Assembly: GCA_963790025.1 (NCBI GenBank)
Contig: CAWBMP010000005.1
Location: forward strand, 320,001-384,000
Length of the DNA stretch: 64,000 bases
Origin: Nitrospirota bacterium
GTDB taxonomy: Bacteria; Nitrospirota; Thermodesulfovibrionia; Thermodesulfovibrionales; Dissulfurispiraceae
Reading direction: 5' to 3'
Shown here: positions 36,395 through 46,642 of the stretch, in pieces
How positions within the stretch are numbered: position 1 is the first letter of the stretch
Layout of the letters: each line of letters begins with the position of its first letter
The notes under the pieces: generated by a model
Told to the model about the DNA's origin: nothing
The model's database searches: none
Seen by the model: the letters and a program-made list of their open reading frames with translations, nothing else
Position numbers and translations under genes: made by a program

Positions 36395-36484
36395 TCATAA
36401 AGAGTATAATACTAACAGCAATAATAGGCCCAGTGAAAGCCCTGTTAACAGGGCATTATTCTAGGGCCGGGAAAGGGGTTTGCA

Positions 36485-37267
36485 GTGATACGGCACACAT
36501 TCTCGCTGCTTAACGGCATAGGAGAGAAACTTGAGCGCACTATATGGAAAAAGAAAATACTTACATGGGATGACTTTTGCGGGTGGAGTGAAATAGAGGG
36601 GATAAGCCCTGAAAGGAAAAGGATTTACGACGATCAGCTGACCCAGGCATCGATGGAACTCAGCGTGGGTAATGCGGAATATTTTGCCAGGATAATGAAG
36701 CGAAGGGAGCACTGGCGGCTTTTCGATGTTTTTAAGGATGGGGCCGTCTGTCTTGATATCGAGACCAATGGCTTTCAGCCGGACCACGGCGGATATGTAA
36801 CGGTTGTAGGGCTCTATGACGGCTACGAAGAACACTCACTGATACGGGGGGAGAATTTGACTGCAGACAGCCTTAGCCGTGCGTTGAAAGGATACAAGTG
36901 TCTGGTTACGTTTTATGGGGCTGCTTTCGATGTCCCTTTTCTTCTGCGGTCCTTTCCGGGAGTCAGGTTTGACATTCCCCATTTCGACCTCTGCTTTGCA
37001 GCCAGGAAGCTCGAAATCAACGGAGGGTTGAAAAAACTTGAGACATTGTTCGGGATAGAGAGGGACGATGTTGTCAAGGGCATGAACGGCTATGACGCAG
37101 TTAAGTTGTGGGAGCAGGTAAAAAAAGGAAGTATAGAGGCTAAGGAGCTGCTGTTGATGTACAACAGAGAAGATACAACGAACCTGTTGAAACTTGCCGA
37201 TATTTTATATCAGCGGTTAAAGAGTGCGACAGGGATAGAGGAATTTATAGCCTGTGGATATGCTTAA
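36485..37267 (+). CDS. RNase H-like (YprB/DnaQ-like) exonuclease domain protein
   Basis: LDIETNG, FYGAAFDVPF, GGLKKLE, YNREDT (DEDDy-like). Confidence 0.85.
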   Translation: MIRHTFSLLNGIGEKLERTIWKKKILTWDDFCGWSEIEGISPERKRIYDDQLTQASMELSVGNAEYFARIMKRREHWRLFDVFKDGAVCLDIETNGFQPDHGGYVTVVGLYDGYEEHSLIRGENLTADSLSRALKGYKCLVTFYGAAFDVPFLLRSFPGVRFDIPHFDLCFAARKLEINGGLKKLETLFGIERDDVVKGMNGYDAVKLWEQVKKGSIEAKELLLMYNREDTTNLLKLADILYQRLKSATGIEEFIACGYA

Positions 37268-38186
37268 TAGCAGTGACCGGGTTGAAGTTCAAAGGCCGGT
37301 GTCAGCCCGCCGCACGTTATTGGAACAGTTTATTGCTTACCTTTCTACTGAAAGAGGACTGTCCAGGAATACGGTGGCGTCTTATTCGCTGGACTTGCAG
37401 TCCTTCGGCAACTTCCTGTCGGAGAACGGCAGGGATTACGCATCTTTCGCGAGGGAGGACATAGTCAACTTTATCGGCAGACTGAAGGACAGCGGCTATT
37501 CTCCGGCCAGTATATGCAGGTTTATTTCTTCGATAAAAGGGTTTTGCAAGTATCTGGTCACTGAAAAGATCATTGCCGATAACCCTTCTGAAACCCTTAG
37601 AATGCCGCGCCAATGGGAAAGGCTGCCCAAGGCACTAAGTATGGATGATACGAAGAAAGTGCTTGAAGCAGAAGTAAAAAGCAGCATGTTTATAAGGGAT
37701 GCCGCGATGCTGGAATTATTGTATGCATCCGGGTTGAGAGTCAGCGAAGTCATTACGATAAGGGTCAACGATGTTAATTTTGAGGCTGGTTTTTTGCGGG
37801 TGATGGGTAAGGGCTCCAGGGAAAGGGTAGTGCCCCTGAATCAAAGGGCAGCTGAAAAAATAAAAAGATACATGCATGAACTGAGGCCTGTGCTTTTGGG
37901 CGGCATGCAATCGCCCTATCTGTTCCTGACCGGCAGGGGAAGGCCGATGACAAGGCAGCGTTTTTGGCAGACCCTGAAGAGTTTTGGCAGCAGTGCGAAT
38001 GTAAAGCTGACACCTCATATGCTTAGACATACTTTTGCGACGCACCTTTTGGACGGAGGCGCCGACCTGCGTTCCGTGCAGAAGATGCTTGGACACTCTG
38101 ATATAGCGACGACCCAGATTTATACAAAGGTGTCGTCCGACAGAATTAAAAAAGTCTACCGTGAGTATCATCCCAGGGCAAAATGA
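37254..38186 (+). CDS. xerD: site-specific tyrosine recombinase XerD
   Basis: ELLYASGLRVSE, GKGSRER, HMLRHTFATH, LGHSDIATTQIY. Confidence 0.9.
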   Translation: MDMLNSSDRVEVQRPVSARRTLLEQFIAYLSTERGLSRNTVASYSLDLQSFGNFLSENGRDYASFAREDIVNFIGRLKDSGYSPASICRFISSIKGFCKYLVTEKIIADNPSETLRMPRQWERLPKALSMDDTKKVLEAEVKSSMFIRDAAMLELLYASGLRVSEVITIRVNDVNFEAGFLRVMGKGSRERVVPLNQRAAEKIKRYMHELRPVLLGGMQSPYLFLTGRGRPMTRQRFWQTLKSFGSSANVKLTPHMLRHTFATHLLDGGADLRSVQKMLGHSDIATTQIYTKVSSDRIKKVYREYHPRAK

Positions 38187-38196
38187 GGAGGCGTTG

Positions 38197-40716
38197 ATGA
38201 CTGAACCGCTTAAACCTGAAGAACTGTATACATGCTGTGATCTTACGGACTTCGATTTTACGACGACACAGGAAGTGAGAGGACTTATTGGAACGATCGG
38301 CCAGAACAAGGCCATGCAGGCCCTGGATTTCGGTCTTAGTCTCGAAAGCCGGGGGTTTAATATTTTTGCTATGGGCGAGGAAGGCACCGGCAAGATGAGC
38401 ACCATCAAAACGCTCTTGCACGACCGGGCGGCAAATGAAAAAATACCTCCTGACTGGTGCTATGTGCACAACTTCAAAAATCCTGATTATCCCCTTGCCA
38501 TTTCGCTTCAACCCGGCAAGGCCGCCGTCTTTCAAAGTGACATGAATGAGCTTGTAAAGATATTAAGGGATGAAATACCAAAATCATTTGATTCCAAGGA
38601 GTACGGAAAGCAGCGGGGCAGGATTATCGAAGAGTTTCAGCAGAAACAGAAAGAACTCTTTGCGGGGCTTGAAGAAGAGGCCCAGTCTAAGGGGTTTGCA
38701 ATAAGGAAAACGGCATCGGGTCTGATGATTGTACCCGTGAAAAAGAACGCCGAGCCGCTGACCGAAGAGGAATTTGAGGCCCTGGATGAAAAGACAAGGA
38801 AAACGGTTGAAGAGGTAGGCAAGTTGTTACAGGAAAAACTGGATGATGTGGTCAGGGCAGTCCGGGAGGCTGAAAAACTCGTAAAGGAGTTGCTTGTCAG
38901 GCTCGAAAGGGAGATTGCTTTGGGCGCGGTGGGGCACCATATCCAGGATATCAAGAGAAAATACACAGACCATGAAAAGATCCTCGATTACCTTAACATT
39001 GTACAGGAGGACATCCTTACCAATCTCGACGATTTCAAGCCTGCCGAAGAACAGGCCCCGGCTTTGCCTTTTATGAAGATGCCGAAGCAGGAAATGTCGT
39101 TTGTCAAATATGCAGTGAATGTATTTGTCAACAACGGTGAGACAAAAGGTGCGCCTGTTGTGCTGGAGAGCAATCCTACCTACCTGAATCTTTTCGGCAG
39201 AATGGAATACAAAGTCCAGTACGGGATGGCGACGACGGATTTCTCGTTGATAAAGCCTGGTTCGCTCCATAAGGCGAACGGCGGATATATTGTGATAAAT
39301 GTCATGGACCTTTTGAAAAACATTTTTTCCTATGATGCGCTGAAGCGCACATTAAGGACCAGGGAAATCAAAATGGAGGATGTATGGGAGCAGTACCGGC
39401 TGGTAAGCACCGCAGGCATGAAACCTGAAGCGCTGCCGCTGGACATCAAGGTAATCCTTGTCGGCAACCCTTACATTTACTACCTGCTTTACAACCTGGA
39501 CGATGAGTACAGGGAGCTTTTTAAGGTCAAGGCCGATTTCGACAGCAGAATGCCGAGGACAAAAGAGAACATGGGTAAATATGCCCTTTTCATCGCCAGT
39601 TGCCAGAAAGAGGAGAACCTGACCCCGTTCGACCGCTCAGGTATGACAAAAATAATCGAATACGGCTCGAGGCTTGCAGAACATCAGGGGAAGCTTTCGA
39701 CGCAGTTCAGCAACATAACGGACCTTATACGCGAGTCACATTATTGGGCAAAAAAAATGGGCGGCGAAATGGTCAAGGCCGAACACGTGGTGAGGGCCAT
39801 CGAAGAGAAAATGCTCAGGGCAAACCGGATTGAGGAACGGATCAGGGAAGCCACGCTGGAGGATACGCTTATTATAAACACCTCCGGCGAAAAGGTCGGA
39901 CAGGTGAACGGGCTCGCGGTGCTTTCCCTGGGTGATTACTCCTTCGGCAAACCGTCAAGGATAACAGCCCTTACTTATACCGGGAAGGCAGGTGTGGTAA
40001 ATATAGAGCGTGAGACAAAGATGAGCGGCAAGATCCATGAAAAGGCGATCATGATAATAACCAGCTATCTGGGAAGCAAATATGCGTTCAATAAGCCTAT
40101 CAGCCTCTCGGCTTCCATCACCTTTGAACAGCTCTATGACATGATAGAGGGAGACAGCGCCACTTGTGCAGAGCTCTACGCGCTCCTTAGCAGCATAGCG
40201 GGTATTCCGTTGAAACAAAGCTTTGCCGTGACCGGCTCAATGGACCAAAACGGCGATGTACAGCCCATCGGCGGCGTGAACGAGAAGATTGAGGGCTTTT
40301 TTGATCTCTGCAAAGACAGGGGCCTGAACGGAAACCATGGTGTGATAATCCCGAGGAGAAATGTAAAAAACCTCATGCTGAGGCAGGATGTGGTCGACGC
40401 TGTGAAAGAGGGCAAGTTCGTTATATATCCTATTGACAGGGTTGAAGAGGGCATGGAGATACTTACAGGGATGAAAGCCGGGGAGGCGGGCGATGACGGG
40501 ACCTATGCTGAAGGAACCGTCAATTACCGCATCATGAAACGTCTCGGGGAAATGGCAGAGGCGATGGAGAAGAAGAAGGAAAAGGAAAGCGAATCGGAAA
40601 ATGCAACAGTTGCGCACAAGCCTGAAGGTGAAAAGAGTTCTGATGAGACCGTTCAGTATCTCTTGAAGAAAGTAGAAGAACTGTCGAAGATGCTTGAGAA
40701 GCGTCAGGAAGGGTAA
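38197..40716 (+). CDS. Lon-like protease (LonC/AAA_32 type)
   Basis: GEEGTGK, PGSLHKANGG, GQVNGL, EGDSA (Ser), GGVNEKIEGF (Lys). Confidence 0.9.
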   Translation: MTEPLKPEELYTCCDLTDFDFTTTQEVRGLIGTIGQNKAMQALDFGLSLESRGFNIFAMGEEGTGKMSTIKTLLHDRAANEKIPPDWCYVHNFKNPDYPLAISLQPGKAAVFQSDMNELVKILRDEIPKSFDSKEYGKQRGRIIEEFQQKQKELFAGLEEEAQSKGFAIRKTASGLMIVPVKKNAEPLTEEEFEALDEKTRKTVEEVGKLLQEKLDDVVRAVREAEKLVKELLVRLEREIALGAVGHHIQDIKRKYTDHEKILDYLNIVQEDILTNLDDFKPAEEQAPALPFMKMPKQEMSFVKYAVNVFVNNGETKGAPVVLESNPTYLNLFGRMEYKVQYGMATTDFSLIKPGSLHKANGGYIVINVMDLLKNIFSYDALKRTLRTREIKMEDVWEQYRLVSTAGMKPEALPLDIKVILVGNPYIYYLLYNLDDEYRELFKVKADFDSRMPRTKENMGKYALFIASCQKEENLTPFDRSGMTKIIEYGSRLAEHQGKLSTQFSNITDLIRESHYWAKKMGGEMVKAEHVVRAIEEKMLRANRIEERIREATLEDTLIINTSGEKVGQVNGLAVLSLGDYSFGKPSRITALTYTGKAGVVNIERETKMSGKIHEKAIMIITSYLGSKYAFNKPISLSASITFEQLYDMIEGDSATCAELYALLSSIAGIPLKQSFAVTGSMDQNGDVQPIGGVNEKIEGFFDLCKDRGLNGNHGVIIPRRNVKNLMLRQDVVDAVKEGKFVIYPIDRVEEGMEILTGMKAGEAGDDGTYAEGTVNYRIMKRLGEMAEAMEKKKEKESESENATVAHKPEGEKSSDETVQYLLKKVEELSKMLEKRQEG

Positions 40717-40737
40717 GGGTCACGCTGAGCCCGGCCC

Positions 40738-41676
40738 ATGGAGCTGTTTCCGAACAGAGGAATTGTCCAGAGAGTGCTTTGGCTCCTGGAAATTGCTGTT
40801 GTTGTCACTCTGTCTTTTCCTCTTGCCGTCCTCCCATACAAAAGTGCATTAAAGGCCGGGAAAGTCCTTGGCCTTGTACTTTTTCATGTGTGGGGAGAAA
40901 GGCGTAAGATTGCGGTCGGGAATATTGAAAAATCGATCCGGACTGGAGCACTTCCGGCATCGGGATTATTATCACCTACGGAAGCGGCTGCAAGGATTGC
41001 GAGAGAGAGTTTTATTAATTTCGGGCAATCCTTTGCCGAGGTTGTCAAGATTTATTATGGCTTTGGCGATTTCCTGGTTCATAGTGTTTTAGTCAGGGGA
41101 GACGAACATTTTAGTAAAGCAAAAGCGAAAGGGCTGGGAGTTATCATTATCACCGGACATTGCGGCAACTGGGAACTCATGGCGCTGGCCTTTGGTATTA
41201 AGGTCGCCCCTGCTTCTGTTGTGGCACGGGTACAGGATAACCCTTATATAAACCGCATGATAGAGAAGGTCCGGGCGCGGTACGGTAACAGCGTTATCTA
41301 TAAGAAAGGTGCCTTGAAGGGGATACTTTCATGCTTGAAAAAAGAAGGTGTGGTAGGGATTCTGATGGACCAGGCAGTTATAAAAGATGAGGGTTTTATT
41401 GTAGACTTTCTGGGCAGGGGAGCGTGGACCACCAGGATGCCCGCTCTTATTGCCAGGAAGACCGGGGCCCCGGTAATCCCGGTATTCATTAACAGGGAGG
41501 GCGCCGCTCACGTGATTACAATTTATCCTGAGGTTCAGTTAAGAAGGGAAGATGGCGTTGAGGCGCTTAAAGAGGATACGCAGCTCCTGAGCAATTATGT
41601 TGATGAGTGCATAAGGCAGCACCCTACGGAATGGCTGTGGATACACAGACGATGGAAGAGGGTCTATGAAAGCTAA
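40738..41676 (+). CDS. lipid A biosynthesis acyltransferase (LpxL/HtrB family)
   Basis: GHCGNWE, ILMDQ, EWLWIHRRWK. Confidence 0.9.
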   Translation: MELFPNRGIVQRVLWLLEIAVVVTLSFPLAVLPYKSALKAGKVLGLVLFHVWGERRKIAVGNIEKSIRTGALPASGLLSPTEAAARIARESFINFGQSFAEVVKIYYGFGDFLVHSVLVRGDEHFSKAKAKGLGVIIITGHCGNWELMALAFGIKVAPASVVARVQDNPYINRMIEKVRARYGNSVIYKKGALKGILSCLKKEGVVGILMDQAVIKDEGFIVDFLGRGAWTTRMPALIARKTGAPVIPVFINREGAAHVITIYPEVQLRREDGVEALKEDTQLLSNYVDECIRQHPTEWLWIHRRWKRVYES

Positions 41677-42430
41677 AGAGATAATCAGCGATCTGCAGGA
41701 TTATTACCTGCTTGCACTCCGGGGCCTTGCAGGCACGGTCACGAAGCCTTTTTATTTCAGGGACACTATTGAACAAATGGATTACGCCGGTGCAGGATCT
41801 TTTTTAATCATTGTGCTTGTGTCACTTTTTATCGGAATGGCGCTTGCACTCCAGCTGTCTGCCGAGTTCTCGCGGCTGGGGCTCAAAATGTATACCGGCA
41901 AGGCAGTCGGCATAACAATCATCAGGGAAGTCGGCCCGGTAATGGCTGCCCTGGTATTTACAGGGCGGGTTGGGGCAGGAATGGCATCGGAATTGGGGTC
42001 CATGGTGCTGGGCCACCAGGTGGACTCTCTTAGGGTCTTTGGCGTGGACCCGATAAAGAAACTGGTGACGCCACGGATAATCACTTCGATAATCATGCTG
42101 CCGGTCCTGACTATAATTGGCGATGCGCTCTCTATTTTCGGGGCATATTATGTCGTTGTATTTGTAAGTAACCAGAGCGGCTATGTCTACTGGAGGGCCA
42201 TTCGTGATGTCCTGATTTTTGAGAACGTTGTTGCCGGCACTGTCAAGCCTTTCATTTTCGGGTTCCTGATATCCAGTATCAGCTGTTATAGCGGATTGAC
42301 GACCACGGGGGGCGCAATAGGCCTCAGACGTGCCACAACGCGTGCTGTTGTATTTTCCATCATAGTGATTATCATCTCCGATTTCACGCTCACCCGGATA
42401 TTGCTCTACGTGTTGGGGTTCTCGGTATGA
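41666..42430 (+). CDS. mlaE: MlaE family ABC permease
   Basis: REVGPV..L..GRVGAGMASELGSM, LVTPR. Confidence 0.9.
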   Translation: MKAKEIISDLQDYYLLALRGLAGTVTKPFYFRDTIEQMDYAGAGSFLIIVLVSLFIGMALALQLSAEFSRLGLKMYTGKAVGITIIREVGPVMAALVFTGRVGAGMASELGSMVLGHQVDSLRVFGVDPIKKLVTPRIITSIIMLPVLTIIGDALSIFGAYYVVVFVSNQSGYVYWRAIRDVLIFENVVAGTVKPFIFGFLISSISCYSGLTTTGGAIGLRRATTRAVVFSIIVIIISDFTLTRILLYVLGFSV

Positions 42431-43164
42431 TAATCTTCGACCACATAAGCTTTTCTTACGGTCAGCGCATTGTTTTAAATGACGTAAGTTTCTCCCTCAA
42501 TGCCGGTGAGAGGGTAGCCATACTCGGCGGCAGCGGGGAGGGCAAGACTACGATACTGAAACTTATACTCGGGCTTCTGAGGCCGGATTCCGGCAGAATC
42601 ATGATTTATGGACAGGACATAACCAATAAAACCGAGAGGGAACTCAGGGACGTTCGCATGAAGTTCAGCATTGTCTTTCAGGAAGGGGCGCTTTTTGATT
42701 CATTGAATGTGAAGGAGAACGTGGCGTTTTGCCTGAGGGAGTATACACAACTCGGGGAGGAAGAAATAGTCAGCCGTGTACGGGAGTTACTGAGGATTGT
42801 TGGAGTTGAGCAGGCAATTGATCTCATGCCCGACGAATTGAGCGGGGGCATGCACAGGAGAGTTGCCGTTGCACGTTCTCTTGCGGCTTGCGACCCGATA
42901 ATGTTTCTGTACGACGAACCGACTTCCGGGCTTGATCCTATAAATGCAGACACCATTACCCGGCTTATTGTCGATCTGTCGAGTAATGAAAAGGGTTTTA
43001 TCATTGTTACGCATAAAGTGTATGATGCTCTGAAGGTGGCGGACCGGTTCCTGTTTTTGCAAAATGGCGTTATCGTATTCGATGGGGATAGAGAGGAGCT
43101 TCTGCATACGACTATTCCTGAAATAAGGTTATTTATGAGAGAACTCCAGGTGGTGTACGGATGA
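42427..43164 (+). CDS. mlaF: MlaF family ABC ATP-binding protein
   Basis: GGSGEGKT, FQEGALFDS, LSGGM, YDEPTSGLDP. Confidence 0.9.
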   Translation: MIIFDHISFSYGQRIVLNDVSFSLNAGERVAILGGSGEGKTTILKLILGLLRPDSGRIMIYGQDITNKTERELRDVRMKFSIVFQEGALFDSLNVKENVAFCLREYTQLGEEEIVSRVRELLRIVGVEQAIDLMPDELSGGMHRRVAVARSLAACDPIMFLYDEPTSGLDPINADTITRLIVDLSSNEKGFIIVTHKVYDALKVADRFLFLQNGVIVFDGDREELLHTTIPEIRLFMRELQVVYG

Positions 43165-43192
43165 CAAATTTTTTTGGCGCGGGGGGAGCACC

Positions 43193-44173
43193 ATGTCTGA
43201 TATGAAAAAACAACTTATGTGGTCCAAACTCAGGGTCGGGGTGGTTATAAGCATCGGCTTAGCATTAGTGCTGTTAACGGTCTTTTTTGCCGGGAAAATA
43301 GAAGACCTGATTTCATCGAAAGTGATTATCAAGGCGAAAATCGATGATGTAAGGGGACTCAGACGGGGCGCTCCGGTTTGGGTTTCGGGCATCGAAGTCG
43401 GTTTTGTGAAAAACATAAGCCTTAATCCCCCGTATGGCCCGGTAGTCACGATGGCGATAAACAAGAGTGCGCTGCCCTATGTAAGAACCGATTCTTATGC
43501 CAACGTTATTACCCAGGGACTCCTCGGCGATAAGTATATAGAGTTGACCTGCGGAACGACTGAGGCCGGGCAGATCAAGGAAGGCAGTTTCATAAGTGGT
43601 GGAGCGCAACTGGAAGTGAAGGACATGGTTGAAGCCAGTTCCAGGTCACTGGAACAGTTTTCCGAATTTGTGAATAAACTCAACACAGTTATAGAGCATT
43701 TCGGGAATAAAGAGGGGACTGTGGCAAAACTGCTTAACGATCCGGCTCTTTATAACAATTTAAAGGAATCTTCCGCTGCTCTCCTCGCAATGCTGAAGGA
43801 GATTAAAGAATCTGAAGGCTCCGCGAAGATGTTGATAAATGACCCATCTGTTTACAACAATTTGCTTTCGGCCTCATCTTCCATGGAGCAATTCGGCAGG
43901 AAAATAAACGAGGGGAATGGCGCGCTTAAAAAGCTTGCCGAGAGCCCGGAGATTTACGATAATATCAATAATGCATCCCGGAAACTCGATGCCGCCCTCT
44001 CCGAGATCGATGCAGGTAAAGGTGCCTTAGGGACGCTTGTCAAAGATAAAAAGCTTGCCGCGGACCTGAAAGAAAGCGTCACAGGACTAAGGGATGCAGT
44101 GGATGAATTAAAGGAACTGACGAAAGACATAAAGGCCAACCCCAGGAAATATTTTAAATTCAGCATTTTTTGA
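43193..44173 (+). CDS. mlaD: MCE/MlaD family protein with helical extension
   Basis: GLRRGAPVWVSGIEVG, GLLGDKYIEL. Confidence 0.88.
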   Translation: MSDMKKQLMWSKLRVGVVISIGLALVLLTVFFAGKIEDLISSKVIIKAKIDDVRGLRRGAPVWVSGIEVGFVKNISLNPPYGPVVTMAINKSALPYVRTDSYANVITQGLLGDKYIELTCGTTEAGQIKEGSFISGGAQLEVKDMVEASSRSLEQFSEFVNKLNTVIEHFGNKEGTVAKLLNDPALYNNLKESSAALLAMLKEIKESEGSAKMLINDPSVYNNLLSASSSMEQFGRKINEGNGALKKLAESPEIYDNINNASRKLDAALSEIDAGKGALGTLVKDKKLAADLKESVTGLRDAVDELKELTKDIKANPRKYFKFSIF

Positions 44174-44282
44174 TGGATGAGGCATTTCTTTATTCATAGT
44201 TTCCTGCGCTATTTATTTCATCAATTAACGCGCGACCCTGTATAATAAGAAGTGAACTACAGCGAGAAGGGAGAATAAGGTA

Positions 44283-44537
44283 ATGAGCGATGAGACAAAA
44301 GATAAACAGACAACCGAAACGTTGAAGACATGCGGACTGTGTTCTCATATGAGGATGACGAACCAGGGAAAAACGGCGGAGTGCGAGTTAAAGGGTAAGG
44401 GCATGCACTACGGTGTCAAATTCCGGCGGAAGCCGAGCGGTGACTTTGACACATTCGCGTGGCTGAAGGCCCGGGACTGCGTCCATTACGACGGGGACGA
44501 TGAGGAGATGCCTGAAGAGGAAAAGACGGACTCGTAA
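44283..44537 (+). CDS. small hypothetical protein with 4 Cys (possible metal binding)
   Basis: CGLC...C...C; RBS-like upstream sequence; ends 5 nt before the RNB gene. Confidence 0.6.
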   Translation: MSDETKDKQTTETLKTCGLCSHMRMTNQGKTAECELKGKGMHYGVKFRRKPSGDFDTFAWLKARDCVHYDGDDEEMPEEEKTDS

Positions 44538-44542
44538 CACTC

Positions 44543-46015
44543 ATGAATGGGACTGATAGGCGACACCGGACTATTCTGGGCAGAATCGCCCGGAGGGTGA
44601 TGCTTGAAAGAGGATTGCTTCCTGACTTTTCCGCCGAAGCACTTGCTGAGCTTGCTGCTATGCAGGGCCCTGCGACAGCGGACGCTGATCACATCCGCGA
44701 TCTGAGGAATCTTCCCTGGGCTTCCATTGACAACGATGACTCGCGTGACCTTGACCAACTGACAGTTGCCGGGGAGGCGCCGGGCGACAGTGTAAAGATT
44801 TTTGTTGCTGTGGCAGACGTGGACTCACTCGTTCGGAATGGCTCGGCAATCGACGCTCACGCCCGCCACAATACGACTTCTGTCTATACCGCAGCTCAAA
44901 TATTCCCCATGCTTCCTGAAAAGCTTTCCACGGGCCTCACATCTCTCAACTTCAATGAGGACCGGCTCGCTATAGTAGCTGAAATAGTGATCGCGTCAGA
45001 CGGCTCGATGCAGGGTTCTGATATCTACCGGGCGCTTGTGCGCAATCGTGCGAAGCTCGCCTATAACAGTGTTGCAGCGTGGCTTGACGGAAATGCTCCT
45101 CTGCCTGGGCCCATAGCTGGTGTAAAGGGACTCGATGATAATCTCCAAATGCAGGACAGCGCAGCACAAAGTATGAAGAATTTCCGTCATGTGCACGGTG
45201 CATTAAGCTTCGAGACTGTCAAGGCAAAAACGATATTTGACGGCGATGAAATTCACGAACTCGAAACAGAAAAGAAGAACCGCGCAAAAGACATTATTGA
45301 GGACTTCATGATAGCGGCAAACGGTGTGGTAGCAAGGTATCTTGCATCAAAAAACGTCCCGTCCATCCGCCGCGTAGTGCGCACTCCCAAACGATGGGAA
45401 AGGATTGTCGAGATTGCCCATGACCATGGTTTCGCTCTCCCTGCCAGGCCGGATCCAATAGCCCTTGAGAAATTCCTGGCGATACAGAAAGCGGCAGATC
45501 AGCTCAGATTTCCCGATCTGTCCCTCATTATTATTAAACTTATGGGGTCCGGTGAATATGTTGCAGAGTTTCCTGGAGAGCGTGCCCCGGGCCACTTTGG
45601 TCTCGCTGTCAGAGACTATACCCATTCTACGGCGCCGAACCGCCGGTATCCCGATCTGATCAGTCAACGTTTGCTCAAGGCCGCATTTGAAGGTACAGCC
45701 TTGCCATACAGCAACGATGAACTTGTGGAACTTGCGCAACATTGCACCAGGGAAGAGGATGTTGCCAACAAAGTTGAGCGTCAGGTTTATAAGTCCGCTG
45801 CTGCACTTCTTCTGGAATCCAGAATAGGCGAAAAGTTTGATGCCATCGTTACAGGGGCAGCCCAGAAAGGGACCTGGGTCCGGCTTCTAAGCATGCCTGT
45901 CGAAGGCAGGCTGGTCCATGGGTTCGAAGGCGCTGACATCGGCCATCGGATGCGTGTGCAACTGGTCTTTACCGATGTTGAGCGGGGCTACATAGATTTC
46001 AAAAAAGTCAGGTAA
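44543..46015 (+). CDS. RNB-domain exoribonuclease (RNase II/R family, short form)
   Basis: SIDNDDSRDLDQ, IEDFMIAAN, YTHSTAPNRRYPD. Confidence 0.92.
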   Translation: MNGTDRRHRTILGRIARRVMLERGLLPDFSAEALAELAAMQGPATADADHIRDLRNLPWASIDNDDSRDLDQLTVAGEAPGDSVKIFVAVADVDSLVRNGSAIDAHARHNTTSVYTAAQIFPMLPEKLSTGLTSLNFNEDRLAIVAEIVIASDGSMQGSDIYRALVRNRAKLAYNSVAAWLDGNAPLPGPIAGVKGLDDNLQMQDSAAQSMKNFRHVHGALSFETVKAKTIFDGDEIHELETEKKNRAKDIIEDFMIAANGVVARYLASKNVPSIRRVVRTPKRWERIVEIAHDHGFALPARPDPIALEKFLAIQKAADQLRFPDLSLIIIKLMGSGEYVAEFPGERAPGHFGLAVRDYTHSTAPNRRYPDLISQRLLKAAFEGTALPYSNDELVELAQHCTREEDVANKVERQVYKSAAALLLESRIGEKFDAIVTGAAQKGTWVRLLSMPVEGRLVHGFEGADIGHRMRVQLVFTDVERGYIDFKKVR

Positions 46016-46114
46016 TCTACGAGAGGCTGTAACTTAAAGTCCTCAATTAAAAAGTTTATCGACAGTCGCATTTGCCGGGTTCCGAAGGACCGTTTAATTG
46101 TGTTATAATTTGAC

Positions 46115-46633
46115 ATGGCCGTTTTGGAGATCAAGAAATACCCTGAGGAAATCCTGAAGAAGAAATCGCTGAGGGTTGAGCGCGTGGATGGCCCGCTTAG
46201 GGGCCTCATTGATGATATGATCGAAACTATGTACGCGGCGCCGGGTGTCGGCCTTGCAGCTCCCCAGGTCGGGGTTTCCAAAAGGCTTATTGTTGTCGAT
46301 GTGAGCACAAGGGAAGAGAAATGCCCCCTCATTGTGCTTATAAATCCAGAGATAGTTGAGGCCGATGGCTTTGACGACGCTGAAGAGGGTTGTCTGAGTG
46401 TGCCTGAATATACCGCAGTTATCACCAGGGCGGAAAGCATAAAGGTAAAGGGGCTGGACAGGAATGGCGACCCCTTGGAAATAGTTGCAGTCGGTCTCCT
46501 TGCCAGGGCGCTCCAACATGAAATCGACCACCTCGAAGGCGTATTGTTTATCGATAGGTTAAGCTCGATCAAGAGGGAATTTTTTAAAAAGCGGTACCGT
46601 AAAGCAGTTAAAGAAATCCACGCAGGCACGTAA
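46115..46633 (+). CDS. def: peptide deformylase
   Basis: GVGLAAPQVG, EGCLS, QHEIDH. Confidence 0.97.
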   Translation: MAVLEIKKYPEEILKKKSLRVERVDGPLRGLIDDMIETMYAAPGVGLAAPQVGVSKRLIVVDVSTREEKCPLIVLINPEIVEADGFDDAEEGCLSVPEYTAVITRAESIKVKGLDRNGDPLEIVAVGLLARALQHEIDHLEGVLFIDRLSSIKREFFKKRYRKAVKEIHAGT

Positions 46634-46642
46634 AGGTATCTT

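Noticed and set aside
37254..38186. Tyrosine recombinase as a prophage or island integrase
   Set aside because: It has XerD-like length and motifs, sits among housekeeping genes, and has no phage genes or att-like repeats nearby.
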